The translations under genes and the position numbers were made by a program. DNA of 47,681 nt from a virus (Duplodnaviria; Caudoviricetes): positions 1 to 47,681 of the IMG/VR virus record IMGVR_UViG_3300017913_001518. One strand, given 5' to 3'. The first letter of the stretch is position 1. The number at the start of each line of letters is the position of its first letter. Under the pieces are notes generated by a model, which was not told where the DNA came from, did not search any database, and was given only the letters and a program-made list of their open reading frames with translations. Positions 18,054 to 26,881 of the stretch are shown piece after piece.

Positions 18054-18457
18054 AAATAGGTTTTACTTGTTCTGCATTTGATTTATTTCATAGTGGACAT
18101 GTTGCTATGCTCAAAGAAGCACGAGCCAACTGCGACTACATGATGGTAGGACTTCAAACAGATCCCACAATTGATAGACCAGAAAAGAACAAACCAATTC
18201 AAAGTGTATTTGAAAGGTATGTACAATTAGAAGGTTGCAAGTATATAGATCAAATTATTCCATATGCTACTGAACAGGATCTACAAGATATCTTGCTTAC
18301 ATACCAGATTGATACTCGTTTTATTGGAGAAGAATATCGTGATAAAGATTTCACAGGCAAACAATTATGTGTTGACAAAGGCATAGAAATATACTATAAT
18401 AAGAGACAACATTCATTTAGTACAAGTGGATTACGTAAAAGGATAACAAATGGCTAA
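18050..18457 (+). CDS. Glycerol-3-phosphate cytidylyltransferase-like (TagD family)
   Basis: FDLFHSGH (HxGH), VGLQTD and C-terminal RQHSFSTS motifs. Confidence 0.85.
   Translation: MKIGFTCSAFDLFHSGHVAMLKEARANCDYMMVGLQTDPTIDRPEKNKPIQSVFERYVQLEGCKYIDQIIPYATEQDLQDILLTYQIDTRFIGEEYRDKDFTGKQLCVDKGIEIYYNKRQHSFSTSGLRKRITNG
18372..18400 (+). promoter_or_regulatory. Perfect sigma70 consensus promoter inside the cytidylyltransferase gene
   Basis: TTGACA (18372-18377), 17 nt, TATAAT (18395-18400). Confidence 0.85.
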
Positions 18458-19379
18458 AGAACTTTGGGTAGAAAAATATCGCCCGCAAAACGTAAAAGAT
18501 TATGTGTTTAGAGATCAAGCACAAAGAGATCAAGTTAACGGTTGGGTAAAAGACAAAAGTATTCCGCATTTGCTTTTCAGCGGACATGCAGGTATTGGTA
18601 AAACTACACTTGCAAAAGTATTACTTAATGAACTAGAAGTTAACGAATATGACGTACTTGAAATCAATGCTAGTCGTACAAACAGTGTTGAAGACGTTCG
18701 TGATAAGATTGTAAACTTTGTACAGATGATTCCGTTTGGTGATTTCAAAGTTGTATTGCTTGATGAGGCAGACTATCTATCTCCAAATGCACAGGCGGCA
18801 TTACGTGGTGTTATGGAAGAGTATCATACTACTGCACGTTTTATCCTTACTTGTAACTATCCTAACCGTATTATTCCTGCATTGCATAGTCGTTGTCAAG
18901 GCTTTCATATTACAAACGTTGATCAAACAGAATTTACAGCACGTATCGCAACTATTTTATTAGAAGAAGGTGTTGAGCCTGATTTAGATGTGCTAGATAC
19001 ATTTGTAAAAGCAACATATCCAGATATGCGTAAGTGCATTAACATGTGTCAAATGAACAGCACAACAGGAAAACTTACTCCTCCTGCAAAAGGTGATACA
19101 GGAGAAAGTGATTATAAGGTTGACATGGTTGAGTTATTCAAAGCAGGTAAGATTGCAGAAGCACGTAAACTTATTTGTACACAAGCAAGACCAGAAGAAA
19201 TGGAAGATATCTTCCGCTGGTGCTATGATAATCTTGATGTATTTGCTAAAGAAGAAGAAAAGCAAGATCAGGCTGTGCTTATTATTAAGCAAGGTTTAGT
19301 GGATCATTCATTTGTTGCTGATCCAGAAATTAACATGAGTGCAACGTTGATAAAACTTGCACGTTTAACAAAGGAGTAG
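18450..19379 (+). CDS. Sliding-clamp loader AAA+ subunit (RFC small subunit / T4 gp44-like)
   Basis: LWVEKYRP, Walker A GHAGIGKTT, EINAS, Walker B LLDEAD and SRC motif. Confidence 0.92.
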   Translation: MAKELWVEKYRPQNVKDYVFRDQAQRDQVNGWVKDKSIPHLLFSGHAGIGKTTLAKVLLNELEVNEYDVLEINASRTNSVEDVRDKIVNFVQMIPFGDFKVVLLDEADYLSPNAQAALRGVMEEYHTTARFILTCNYPNRIIPALHSRCQGFHITNVDQTEFTARIATILLEEGVEPDLDVLDTFVKATYPDMRKCINMCQMNSTTGKLTPPAKGDTGESDYKVDMVELFKAGKIAEARKLICTQARPEEMEDIFRWCYDNLDVFAKEEEKQDQAVLIIKQGLVDHSFVADPEINMSATLIKLARLTKE

Positions 19380-19380
19380 T

Positions 19381-19641
19381 ATGCCACCAATTGACATCCG
19401 TAGAAACTATGGAGGGAAAGACGGCCCAGCGCCAGAAGAAAGACAAGCAAAGTTAGATGAACTAATGAAACAGTTTCTTGCTAAAGGCGGCAAGATAGAA
19501 AAACTAGAACCAGGTGCGGCACAGGGTGCTGGTGGTTTAGATAAGATTCCACATCTTACAGATAGCGAAATCAAAGAAAAATGGCGTAAGGAAAACGGTA
19601 TACCAGATCCGGAAAAAAAGAAACGTAAAAAGAAAAAATGA
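19381..19641 (+). CDS. Small basic protein with SutA-like FLxxGGxI motif
   Basis: EERQAKLDELMKQFLAKGGKIEKL; poly-Lys C-terminus. Confidence 0.55.
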   Translation: MPPIDIRRNYGGKDGPAPEERQAKLDELMKQFLAKGGKIEKLEPGAAQGAGGLDKIPHLTDSEIKEKWRKENGIPDPEKKKRKKKK

Positions 19642-19883
19642 AAATTAGGTACTATCATAATATAGACGGCTGGCGTTGGCTAGGTTTCGTACTTGCTATG
19701 ATTGGTGCATTTATTTTAAGCAGTGGTGAACCTAACTACCAATGGGTAGGTTGGGCTGTTGCATGTTTTAGTTGTGCTATATGGATTTACATGGGCGTAA
19801 AAGACAAAGATACTCCTAGAGCATTAATGGAACTGTTTTATTTGTTGCTGGCTATTAGAGGCATATGGAATTGGCTTAACTGA
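19638..19883 (+). CDS. Small three-helix membrane protein
   Basis: Three hydrophobic, Trp-rich segments. Confidence 0.7.
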   Translation: MKIRYYHNIDGWRWLGFVLAMIGAFILSSGEPNYQWVGWAVACFSCAIWIYMGVKDKDTPRALMELFYLLLAIRGIWNWLN

Positions 19884-20476
19884 TGTTTTTACTAGAAAAT
19901 CCAAACCCTATATATCAATGGGAAATATTTTTAAAAGAAATTATAGATCAGCAAGACGCTAATAGTGTATTTGATTATGTAAACAAGCACACTCATAAAT
20001 TGCAAAAATCCTTAGTAGAACAAGACGGAGACGAAGGTGTTGACGTCAAGGAACGTGTTACAGATATTATGTGGTTAGATGAAGATACTGATCAAATTAG
20101 CACAGTGTACCAAAAGGTACAAAACTTAATACTACATTTAAACAACAATCATTATAAATTTAGTATTAATACGCTTGAGCCTTTGCAATATAGTCACTAT
20201 GACAGTAACCAAGGCGGACACTATGATTGGCATTACGATACTATGATGAGAAATCCAGGACAAAACATTAGAAAATTAAGTTTTAGTCTTGGACTTAACA
20301 ATGATTATGAAGGCGGCGAACTAGAATTTTTTAGCAAGAAAGCAGATATAAAGTATAAATTAGGTCTTGGAGATTTAGTTATGTTTCCTAGTTTTATCCC
20401 CCATAAGGTACACCCTGTTACAAAGGGTGTTAGAAAAACACTAGTTGGCTGGATACATGGCCCTAATTTTGTATAG
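19883..20476 (+). CDS. 2OG-Fe(II) oxygenase (prolyl-hydroxylase/PKHD-like)
   Basis: YDWHYD, RKLS, YEGGEL, FPSF..HKV.PVTKG.R..LV.W. Confidence 0.88.
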   Translation: MFLLENPNPIYQWEIFLKEIIDQQDANSVFDYVNKHTHKLQKSLVEQDGDEGVDVKERVTDIMWLDEDTDQISTVYQKVQNLILHLNNNHYKFSINTLEPLQYSHYDSNQGGHYDWHYDTMMRNPGQNIRKLSFSLGLNNDYEGGELEFFSKKADIKYKLGLGDLVMFPSFIPHKVHPVTKGVRKTLVGWIHGPNFV

Positions 20477-20485
20477 GAGAAAAAT

Positions 20486-20812
20486 ATGGCACACTTAGTA
20501 AACGATAAATGTATTAATTGCAAACATACTACCTGTGTAAGTGTTTGCCCTGTTGATTGTTTTTATGAAGGTGAAAACATGCTAGTCATACATCCTGACG
20601 AATGTATAGACTGCGGTGTTTGTATACCAGAATGTCCAGAAGAAGCAATCTATCAAACAGACGACACTTCCGATCCGTGGTACAAACACAACGAATATTT
20701 TGCCAACACGTGGCCTAATATTACTGAAGAAAAAGACCCAATGCCTAATTATGAACAGTTTAGTGGGCAGTCAGACAAAACTAAACTATTCAAAAAAGAC
20801 CCTGGAAGTTAA
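20486..20812 (+). CDS. fdxA: Ferredoxin, FdxA/7Fe type
   Basis: [18 protein letters not shown] and [13 protein letters not shown]. Confidence 0.9.
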   Translation: MAHLVNDKCINCKHTTCVSVCPVDCFYEGENMLVIHPDECIDCGVCIPECPEEAIYQTDDTSDPWYKHNEYFANTWPNITEEKDPMPNYEQFSGQSDKTKLFKKDPGS

Positions 20813-21531
20813 ACCACCTCCCCGTAGATCTTTAAAACTTCTTTAACTGCATGATGTCTTTCAATATCACCGGTATCAAAACTACATTTACTAATGTACT
20901 TTGTTCCTTTATCTTCTAGCCTTTTTATAAAGTCTAGTAGTCCGTTATCTTGAATTCTATCTGCTTGTTGTAAATCACCTGTTACTACCATTCGCGAACC
21001 TTCGCCAATTCTAGTTAACAGCATTTTCATTTGAGACGGAGTAGCATTTTGCATTTCGTCTGCAACAATAAATGCATTTTTAAATGTTCTTCCTCTCATA
21101 TACGCTAATGGAGCGATTTCGATGATGTCCTCCTTCATCATACTTTCTAGTTCATGTTTGAAGAAATACTCACCTAGCACATCAAAAATAGGCCTAGTCC
21201 ATGGTGCCATTTTTTCCTCTAAAGTTCCTGGTAAAAAGCCGTGTTGCTCATCCACACTTACAGCGGGTCTAGTGATCACGATTTTATCCACTTGTCTTTC
21301 TTTAAAGGCTTTGACAGCCATAATTACACCGATCATAGTTTTACCAGTACCTGCAGGTCCTACTGCAAATACAATGGATTTACTACTATCTTTCAGTGTT
21401 TCTAGGTATGTTTCTTGATTTAAGTTACGTGGAAGTATTCTTACTTCTTTTTGCTTGTTGACATAGTTATTGTAATCAATAACATTATTTTGCGAACGCT
21501 GTCTGCGTTCTTTACGTTTTGCTCTTGACAA
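20809..21531 (-). CDS. phoH: PhoH-family ATPase (TTG start re-assigned to 21531)
   Basis: [36 protein letters not shown]; SD AAGGAGG 6 nt before TTG. Confidence 0.92.
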   Translation of the reverse strand: MSRAKRKERRQRSQNNVIDYNNYVNKQKEVRILPRNLNQETYLETLKDSSKSIVFAVGPAGTGKTMIGVIMAVKAFKERQVDKIVITRPAVSVDEQHGFLPGTLEEKMAPWTRPIFDVLGEYFFKHELESMMKEDIIEIAPLAYMRGRTFKNAFIVADEMQNATPSQMKMLLTRIGEGSRMVVTGDLQQADRIQDNGLLDFIKRLEDKGTKYISKCSFDTGDIERHHAVKEVLKIYGEVV

Positions 21532-21569
21532 TATGAACCTCCTTGAAGTTAACTGTCTGACTGCACAAG

Positions 21570-21577
21570 TATTTAAC
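21570..21577 (-). promoter_or_regulatory. Late promoter (GTTAAATA on minus strand) for phoH
   Basis: TAAATA core upstream of the phoH SD. Confidence 0.55.
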
Positions 21578-21629
21578 AGATCACGCAAAATGTTATAGTA
21601 TATGTTTATTTTTTTAGCCTTTATGATCG

Positions 21630-21637
21630 ACTAAATA
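21630..21637 (+). promoter_or_regulatory. Late promoter (ACTAAATA)
   Basis: TAAATA core upstream of SD GGAG and ATG 21655. Confidence 0.6.
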
Positions 21638-21654
21638 ACTATGGAGACGAAATT

Positions 21655-22176
21655 ATGCATGATATTGTTAAAGTAATTGAAAACATCAAAGCGATTTATG
21701 ATTCAAATGACAGTTTAAGGGTACTCAAAGACTTTGAACGTGTGTTTGATGAACTTGATTTATACGTATTTGAGAACTGGAAAGACGGCGAATTGCTTGA
21801 AGGACCTATTGTAAGCAAACACGCTGTAGAATGCTCATTTATGTGGCCAAGAGACAAAATGCCAAATCCAAAGGCTGGTCAGCGTTTATTAGATTACGAC
21901 TGCAAAGTTTCCTATCAAAAAGATCATGTAATTGAACCGAGAAAAATTGAAAGCCCAGATGACTATCGTCCAGGCACTAAAAAAGGTAAACTTGATCAAA
22001 AACCTATCTGGGTAGTAAATGTAAAAATGCCAAAGAGTCTTATCTTTGATATGTATAAAGGTTATCTAAGAAACATTGATGAAGAACTATATGATTCAAT
22101 GACGCAGACAGAACCAAGAATTACCCCAGATGCTAATTCAGACGTAGAACAAGGTGATGTAGATGTCCAATCTTAA
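21655..22176 (+). CDS. Hypothetical protein
   Basis: 173-aa ORF with SD and late promoter. Confidence 0.7.
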   Translation: MHDIVKVIENIKAIYDSNDSLRVLKDFERVFDELDLYVFENWKDGELLEGPIVSKHAVECSFMWPRDKMPNPKAGQRLLDYDCKVSYQKDHVIEPRKIESPDDYRPGTKKGKLDQKPIWVVNVKMPKSLIFDMYKGYLRNIDEELYDSMTQTEPRITPDANSDVEQGDVDVQS

Positions 22177-22885
22177 TAGTTTAGATCTTAAAGATTTTGT
22201 AAGTGAAATTTTCACAGTAGACTCTTTCAAATCAAAAATGGGCAAAGACGCAGATGTTGCGGTACTTGCATTTGAAGTGAAAGATTTAGAACCGGCTAAA
22301 GACCTAATGAACTTTATTGAAAAAGGTTATGGATTTATTTTAGACGCTGACGTAAGTTCAGGTGAAAATAAAAACGGAAAATATAATGTTTTCGTTGAAA
22401 TGGAAAGAAATAGGTATCTTCCACAAAACATTGCAAACATTTTGGAAGATATTACTAAACTAACAGGGGATCAAACATATAGATTTAGATATTACAAAGG
22501 TGTAGACAGCCATGCATTTGATGCAAAAATTGCTGAAGAAGTGATTCCACTAGATAGTGAATCATACACAAATAAAATTGAAGAATTTAATCAAAGCGAA
22601 TTAAACAGATTCTTCAACAAAGGTGTAACAGAGCAACGTTATGTAAAAGAAAATACGATTGAATTCAAAAGACATCCAAATGGTGTTTGCAGAATGGAAA
22701 TAGTTGACGAAGGCACACCTGAAGAAATCACCAATAAGTACAAAGGAGCCATCCAATTAGAAGATTCTTCTATGTCAGAAGTAATGTGGATGACAAAATT
22801 CTTTGGTAATTACAACATATATAAGATGAATGAACAGTTCTTTTTTACTAACGGATCAAGAACTAAAGTAATGAAAAGAGTGTAA
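22163..22885 (+). CDS. Hypothetical protein
   Basis: 240-aa ORF overlapping the upstream gene. Confidence 0.7.
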   Translation: MSNLNSLDLKDFVSEIFTVDSFKSKMGKDADVAVLAFEVKDLEPAKDLMNFIEKGYGFILDADVSSGENKNGKYNVFVEMERNRYLPQNIANILEDITKLTGDQTYRFRYYKGVDSHAFDAKIAEEVIPLDSESYTNKIEEFNQSELNRFFNKGVTEQRYVKENTIEFKRHPNGVCRMEIVDEGTPEEITNKYKGAIQLEDSSMSEVMWMTKFFGNYNIYKMNEQFFFTNGSRTKVMKRV

Positions 22886-22886
22886 T

Positions 22887-23507
22887 ATGGATGTAACAGG
22901 CATTTTTGCGGTGCCGTTTGGTGAAACCAACCTTGAAGTGGACAACGACAAGTTGGTTGATCTCGCATATAAAATTAAAGAAAAAGAACCGGGTGAGCCA
23001 AGAGCAGGTGGTTATCAAAGTCCTTGGATTGACTTAGAGGAACCTTTGTTCAAACCTTTAGTTGATGAAGTCAACAAGCAGGCGGCAATACTAGGCGAAA
23101 AACTCTACATGCTGAAACCAGGACTTACAATCGAAGTAGTCAATGGTTGGGTTAATGTTAATAACCCAGGCAGAGAGCAACTGAACAACAACTACTATCA
23201 TATGCATGGTGGTTACTTCACAAGTTTTGTTTACTATGCTAAAGTAAATCAAAACAGTGGAAACCTAGTACTAAATCCTCCTCATAACATGCTAGACTAT
23301 GTTATGAATGAACACTTGCTAGAAAACATTAATTTGTTTAATCATCAAAGATGGCATGTGACACCCGAAGTAGGTAAGTTGGTTTGCTTTCCAGCATGGA
23401 TAACGCATTTTGCAGAAAGTAACCAAAGCAATGAGGATAGGATTAGTTTCGCGTTTAACGCGATTATTAAAACGAAAAAACAGGAGAACACAGATGGCGG
23501 CAAGTAA
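22887..23507 (+). CDS. Putative 2OG-Fe(II) oxygenase (TIGR02466-like)
   Basis: GWVNVN, H.H, SFVYY, P..GKLV.FPAW..H....N.S.EDRISFAFN. Confidence 0.8.
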   Translation: MDVTGIFAVPFGETNLEVDNDKLVDLAYKIKEKEPGEPRAGGYQSPWIDLEEPLFKPLVDEVNKQAAILGEKLYMLKPGLTIEVVNGWVNVNNPGREQLNNNYYHMHGGYFTSFVYYAKVNQNSGNLVLNPPHNMLDYVMNEHLLENINLFNHQRWHVTPEVGKLVCFPAWITHFAESNQSNEDRISFAFNAIIKTKKQENTDGGK

Positions 23508-24006
23508 TTATGATAAATGCCTAGAAACAATTTTACATCACGAAGGTGGATATGTAAATCACCCTAAGGATCCAGGCGGAGAAACAAACTTAGGTGTAAC
23601 AAAAAGAGTATACGAAGAACACGGCGGAACAAAAGATATGAAAGATCTTGTCGTGGAAGATGTTGCTCCAATCTATAGAAAAAGTTATTGGGATAAACTA
23701 AAGTGCGATGACGTACCTGCAGGTTTAGATCTTTGCTTGTTTGATTTTGGTGTGAACGCTGGTCCAGGTAGAGCCGCAAAGTATCTACAAAGACAAATCG
23801 GCACAGTAGCAGATGGCGGCATCGGTCCTAACACACTTAGAACACTTGGTGAATATATCGAAAAACATGGTGTGGAAGAAACAATTAAAAAGTATCAAGA
23901 AGCACGTCAAGGATACTACGAGCAGTTAAGCACTTTTGATACATTTGGAAGAGGATGGACACGTAGAGTCAACGAAACTACGGAACTCGCACTGTCTATG
24001 GCATAA
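23494..24006 (+). CDS. Endolysin, glycoside hydrolase family 108 with peptidoglycan-binding C-terminus (start re-assigned to 23494)
   Basis: HEGGYVNHPKDPGGETNLGVT, FDFGVNAG, DG.IGP.T and FGRGW.RR; SD AGGAG before ATG 23494. Confidence 0.9.
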   Translation: MAASNYDKCLETILHHEGGYVNHPKDPGGETNLGVTKRVYEEHGGTKDMKDLVVEDVAPIYRKSYWDKLKCDDVPAGLDLCLFDFGVNAGPGRAAKYLQRQIGTVADGGIGPNTLRTLGEYIEKHGVEETIKKYQEARQGYYEQLSTFDTFGRGWTRRVNETTELALSMA

Positions 24007-24164
24007 TGGTACCTGTTTGTCAAAATTGTGGTAGAAAACACGAAGGTCGACTTGTCGAAACTATGACTGATGGCGACGGCAAGGAGATTGAAGTTGAAGT
24101 GTGCAAACAGGCACGTTACAAAGCAGAAGACTACTATAAATATATCGGCACACTAGGAGTTTAA
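24006..24164 (+). CDS. Small Cys-containing protein, 52 aa (not in ORF track)
   Basis: TAATG overlap with the endolysin stop; MVPVCQNCGRKHEG...EVCKQARY. Confidence 0.65.
   Translation: MVPVCQNCGRKHEGRLVETMTDGDGKEIEVEVCKQARYKAEDYYKYIGTLGV
24135..24142 (+). promoter_or_regulatory. T4-type late promoter (TATAAATA)
   Basis: Exact consensus upstream of SD AGGAG and ATG 24167. Confidence 0.7.
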
Positions 24165-24166
24165 TT

Positions 24167-24652
24167 ATGTTTAGTTCAATTAAGATAGCAATGTTTTTAA
24201 TAGCGTTGGCAGGCGCTGGAGGCGGTGTCATGTATGTTAAAACACTTAAAAGTGATCTTGCAACCAGCGAAGCAAACAATGCCAAATTGCTAGAAAGCGT
24301 TAGTGAGCAAAAAGCAGTCATTGAGCAACAGGAAAATGACTTCAAAGCAATATTAGCGGCTAATAAAGAACTTGAAGATAAAAATAGAGTTCTTGCAGTT
24401 GAACTAAAAAACTTAGACGAAAGATTTAACAAAATTAATGGCAAGGGAGAAGTTAGAGATATCGGAAAACTTGCCATTGAACGCGATAAAGCAGTAGAAC
24501 GTATCATCAACAATGCATCTAAAAAAGCAATGAGATGTGTAGAGATTGCAATGGGTGCGGAACTAACGGAGAAAGAGAAGAATGCTACTAAGAAATCAGA
24601 AATCAATTCTGAATGTCCTAGCCTTGCTAATCCTAACTACGTTCCTTACTAG
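24167..24652 (+). CDS. Inner-membrane spanin (Rz-like)
   Basis: N-terminal transmembrane helix plus long coiled coil; two Cys; next to the endolysin and overlapped by a lipoprotein gene. Confidence 0.75.
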   Translation: MFSSIKIAMFLIALAGAGGGVMYVKTLKSDLATSEANNAKLLESVSEQKAVIEQQENDFKAILAANKELEDKNRVLAVELKNLDERFNKINGKGEVRDIGKLAIERDKAVERIINNASKKAMRCVEIAMGAELTEKEKNATKKSEINSECPSLANPNYVPY

Positions 24653-24974
24653 TTGTAGTTCGGTATCTAAGTTAGACGTATTCAAGACTGAGGTAAAAAG
24701 AGAACCTTTAAACTTACAAAATCCTGCTACTCCTAAAATGGAGGAGTTAAAATTTATTATTATTCATAGCGAAAACGCAGAAGAAGTGTTTGCTAAGATG
24801 AAAGAACAGGGCAAAGATCCTGTGCTGTTTGGATTAAGTGATCTAGATTACGAAACACTATCTAAAAACTTTGCACAAATACGTGCATACATGATCAAAC
24901 AGCAATTAATTATTGAGAAATATCGTGAGTATTACGAGGGCGACGATACTGATACTTCTACTGACCCTGAGTAG
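24582..24974 (+). CDS. Outer-membrane spanin lipoprotein (Rz1-like)
   Basis: Signal peptide with lipobox LTSC; overlaps the 3' end of the i-spanin gene. Confidence 0.75.
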   Translation: MLLRNQKSILNVLALLILTTFLTSCSSVSKLDVFKTEVKREPLNLQNPATPKMEELKFIIIHSENAEEVFAKMKEQGKDPVLFGLSDLDYETLSKNFAQIRAYMIKQQLIIEKYREYYEGDDTDTSTDPE

Positions 24975-25083
24975 TTGTACCCACAAAAATTGCTCTTTAG
25001 AACCTGGCGCAGAGGTTGATTTAGAGGGCGAAACAATCCAAGAAAGAATAACGCCTCGAGGGCAAATATCTTGTAGTTTTTAA
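24925..25083 (+). CDS. Second small lipoprotein, ~52 aa (not in ORF track; GTG 24925 or TTG 24913 start)
   Basis: (M)SITRATILILLLTLSSCTHKNCSLEPGAEVDLEGETIQERITPRGQISCSF with lipobox LSSC. Confidence 0.6.
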   Translation: MSITRATILILLLTLSSCTHKNCSLEPGAEVDLEGETIQERITPRGQISCSF

Positions 25084-25089
25084 TAAATA
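25082..25089 (+). promoter_or_regulatory. Late promoter (AATAAATA)
   Basis: TAAATA core upstream of SD GAGGGG and ATG 25114. Confidence 0.55.
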
Positions 25090-25113
25090 CCCATATAAAA
25101 GAGGGGTATTATT

Positions 25114-25704
25114 ATGGAACTATTACTTACACTTGCAATGAAATTCTGGATGTGGACTATACTGATAATTGTAGTCATCGCAGGATGGATAATTAACAGA
25201 TTTGATTTAAGACAAGCACCTTGTTATACTTACAAACACAATAAAATGCCAGTCCTAAGACCTATTGCTATACCAACAAAAGGCAAAGGATTTTGGAAAG
25301 GTATTATACTATGGCTTTTTGGCGTTAGACACTGGGAGTTAGCAGAAGATTTTGACTACACTCTAAATGATAAAGATTACGTTATTCCAGCAGGATTTAA
25401 ATTCGACGGCGCAAGTATTCCAAAGTTTCTACATACTTTCTTTTCACCCGTTGGTGTTTTGTTAATGGGAGGCTTAATACACGACTATGCTTACAAATAT
25501 GAAACACTATTGCTAAAAAACAAAAAAGAAACCATGGGTGTTATATCACAAAAAAGAGCAGATGAAATATTTAGAGATATTAACATTAATGTGAATGGTT
25601 TTTATGTAATGAATTACTTGGCTTACTATGCACTAAGACTAGGCGGCTTTGTTGCATGGAACGGACACAGAAAAGTTAATGCAAAAATAGAGGGCGTAAA
25701 ATGA
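25114..25704 (+). CDS. DUF1353-like protein with N-terminal membrane anchor
   Basis: IPAGF.FDGASIP, IHDYAY and ADEIF motifs. Confidence 0.75.
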   Translation: MELLLTLAMKFWMWTILIIVVIAGWIINRFDLRQAPCYTYKHNKMPVLRPIAIPTKGKGFWKGIILWLFGVRHWELAEDFDYTLNDKDYVIPAGFKFDGASIPKFLHTFFSPVGVLLMGGLIHDYAYKYETLLLKNKKETMGVISQKRADEIFRDININVNGFYVMNYLAYYALRLGGFVAWNGHRKVNAKIEGVK

Positions 25705-26000
25705 GTGAACCAGTAACTAAAAAAGTAAATTTAGAATTAGAAGTAGACACAGCAGTTGTTGATAGTTCCAAAAACAAATATCAGCATTGGATTGATTTGG
25801 CTAAAGCAGTAGATGCTTGGCGTATTTTTCCAAGACTGTTTTTGACTGTTTACATTGTGCTACTTTACCTAAGCGTAACTTGGTTTATGAATCTTGATTC
25901 TCCAACTATGGAACAAAGCGGTTTGATTAGTATTATTGTTGGTGCTGGCGCGGCATGGTTTGGATTATACACTGGATCTAGTAAATCAAAAGACAAATAA
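25701..26000 (+). CDS. Two-TM membrane protein, putative holin
   Basis: Two hydrophobic helices and a basic C-terminus, at the end of the lysis cassette. Confidence 0.5.
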   Translation: MSEPVTKKVNLELEVDTAVVDSSKNKYQHWIDLAKAVDAWRIFPRLFLTVYIVLLYLSVTWFMNLDSPTMEQSGLISIIVGAGAAWFGLYTGSSKSKDK

Positions 26001-26006
26001 AAACAC

Positions 26007-26035
26007 TTGACAAACTTGCAGTTTGATAGTACATT
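26007..26035 (+). promoter_or_regulatory. Sigma70-type promoter
   Basis: TTGACA-17 nt-TACATT, 6 nt before ATG 26042. Confidence 0.7.
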
Positions 26036-26041
26036 ACTAGT

Positions 26042-26881
26042 ATGGACTACTATGACACACTAGGCGTTAGTCGTAATGCCTCTGAAAAGGAAATCAAAAC
26101 TGCGTTCCGTAAATTAGCGGCACAGCATCATCCTGACAAAGGTGGTGATAGTTCAAAATTTCAGGAAATCAATGAAGCCTATCAGGTTTTAAGTGATACT
26201 GAAAAGAAACAGATGTACGATCAATTTGGTACAGCAGATCCACAGCAGGCAGGATTTCAAAATCAAGGTTTTGATTTTCATGGATCTGGATTTGAAGATA
26301 TTTTTTCACAAATGTTTGGTGGACAAAGTCCATTTGGTAGTCCCCGTCATAGAAGACCACAAAACAGAAATCTTCGAATCCAGGTCAGTATTAGTTTGTT
26401 ACAAGCATATACAGGTCATGAAGCAACAATTTCTTTTCCACTATCAAATGGACAAGAGAAAACGGTAAATGTTAAGATACCTGCAGGCGTTGATGCTGGA
26501 CAAACAATTCGTTTAGCAGGTGTAGGCGATAATAGTGTACAAGGTGCGCCGCCGGGTGATCTTCATATTTTGATACAAATACATGATACCAAAGGCTTTA
26601 CTAGAAATGGAAATGATCTCCATACTGACTTGACAATTTCTGTTTTTGACCTTATACTAGGTACTAAAGTTATGGTTACACATGTTGACGGACATCCGTA
26701 TAAACTTAATATCAAGCCTGGCACACAACCTGATACCGTTTATAGAATGAGTGATCTAGGTATGCCCGATGTTAGAGGTAGAGGCAAAGGTCATTTATAT
26801 GTTCGTGTTAAAGGATCAGTACCCAAAGATTTAACAGATGAACAAAAAGAATTGATAACTAAAATACACAAAGGAAACTAA
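26042..26881 (+). CDS. DnaJ-family chaperone lacking the Zn finger (CbpA-like)
   Basis: DYYDTLGV, HPD motif, G/F-rich linker and C-terminal VKIPAGV..G..IRL.G.G. Confidence 0.9.
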   Translation: MDYYDTLGVSRNASEKEIKTAFRKLAAQHHPDKGGDSSKFQEINEAYQVLSDTEKKQMYDQFGTADPQQAGFQNQGFDFHGSGFEDIFSQMFGGQSPFGSPRHRRPQNRNLRIQVSISLLQAYTGHEATISFPLSNGQEKTVNVKIPAGVDAGQTIRLAGVGDNSVQGAPPGDLHILIQIHDTKGFTRNGNDLHTDLTISVFDLILGTKVMVTHVDGHPYKLNIKPGTQPDTVYRMSDLGMPDVRGRGKGHLYVRVKGSVPKDLTDEQKELITKIHKGN

